From Haliotis rufescens (Eukaryota), in NCBI RefSeq assembly GCF_023055435.1, contig NW_025964268.1:2418001-2482000 (forward strand): a stretch of 64,000 bases of DNA, written 5' to 3'. The translations under genes were made by a program, and so were the position numbers. Under the pieces are notes generated by a model that had not been told where the DNA came from, did not search any database, and saw only the letters and a program-made list of their open reading frames with translations. Numbering within the stretch: the stretch's first letter is position 1; each line of letters opens with the position of its first letter. Shown here in pieces: positions 63,519-64,000 of this stretch.

Positions 63519-63680
63519 GTGAGTGAGTGAGTGAGTACAGTTTTACGCCGCTTTTAGCAATATTCCAGCAATATCACGGCGGGGGACACCAGAAATGGGC
63601 TTCACACATTGTACCCATGACGGGAATCGAACCCGGGTCTTCGGCGTGACGAGCGAACCACTAGGCTACCCGACCGCCCC
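63519..63680 (-). mobile_element. tRNA-derived SINE family A, well-preserved copy with TSD
   Basis: A box TAGCCTAGTGG, B box GGTTCGATTCC, (tcac)n tail; ttt(c/g)aaaatatga at 63506-63518 and 63681-63693. Confidence 0.9.
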
Positions 63681-63735
63681 TTTGAAAATATGAACTTTTT
63701 TATAATGTGTATATGTTTGGAAAGTTAACAATTTT

Positions 63736-64000
63736 GTTTGTTTGTTTGTTTGTTGTTTAACGCTGCACTCAGCAATAGTCCAGCTTTATGACGGCGGTCT
63801 GAACATAATCGAGTCTGGACCAGACAATCCAGTGCTTGATGTCATGAACATCGATCCACGCAATTGGGATACGATGACATGAATCAACCAAGTCAGCGAG
63901 CCTGATCTCCCGATCCCGTTATTCGCCTCTTACGAGAGGAATAGTCGCCTTTCACGACAAGCATGGGTTGCTGAAGACCTATTCTCACCCGGATCTTCAC
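63736..64000 (-). mobile_element. SINE-like family B copy (runs to window edge)
   Basis: Homologous to 16932 and 56262. Confidence 0.85.

Noticed and set aside
63600-63680. tRNA gene suggested by A and B boxes (also ~2690-2760 and ~26760-26825)
   Set aside because: These are SINE heads continuous with a SINE body, tail and TSD; no complete cloverleaf.

Overview
Eukaryotic, intron-rich, repeat-dense animal DNA. It is very probably abalone (Haliotis), inferred from a nacre protein AP24 gene. Three spliced protein-coding genes can be assembled by hand with consistent GT-AG junctions and phases. (1) DCAF10/WDR32: + strand, 6 coding exons, 5926-15565, ~608 aa. (2) A huckebein-like three-finger C2H2 transcription factor: - strand, 2 exons, 48035-38221, 252 aa. 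(3) Aragonite/nacre protein AP24: - strand, 4 exons, 56712-51002, 171 aa; this gene is not visible as a single ORF in the track. An inverted, 5'-truncated copy of huckebein exon 1 lies ~6 kb downstream of that gene. The remainder is a decayed Tc1/mariner element, several SINE families (three with a similar 3' tail), MITEs, a Penelope-type hairpin remnant with a minimal hammerhead motif, many mini/microsatellites (17, 25, 26, 52, 62, 72 and 103 bp units) and one 137-nt assembly gap. The most notable observations are the inverted huckebein exon copy (hairpin/antisense potential), tandem decoy splice acceptors at AP24 exon 2, a DUF3011/lectin-like motif in AP24, a covarying pseudoknot at the 5' end of one SINE-like family, a U3-A8 variant hammerhead, and a strand-asymmetric DNA hairpin with tandem GA mismatches. 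Gene identities come from remembered family sequences, not from a database search.
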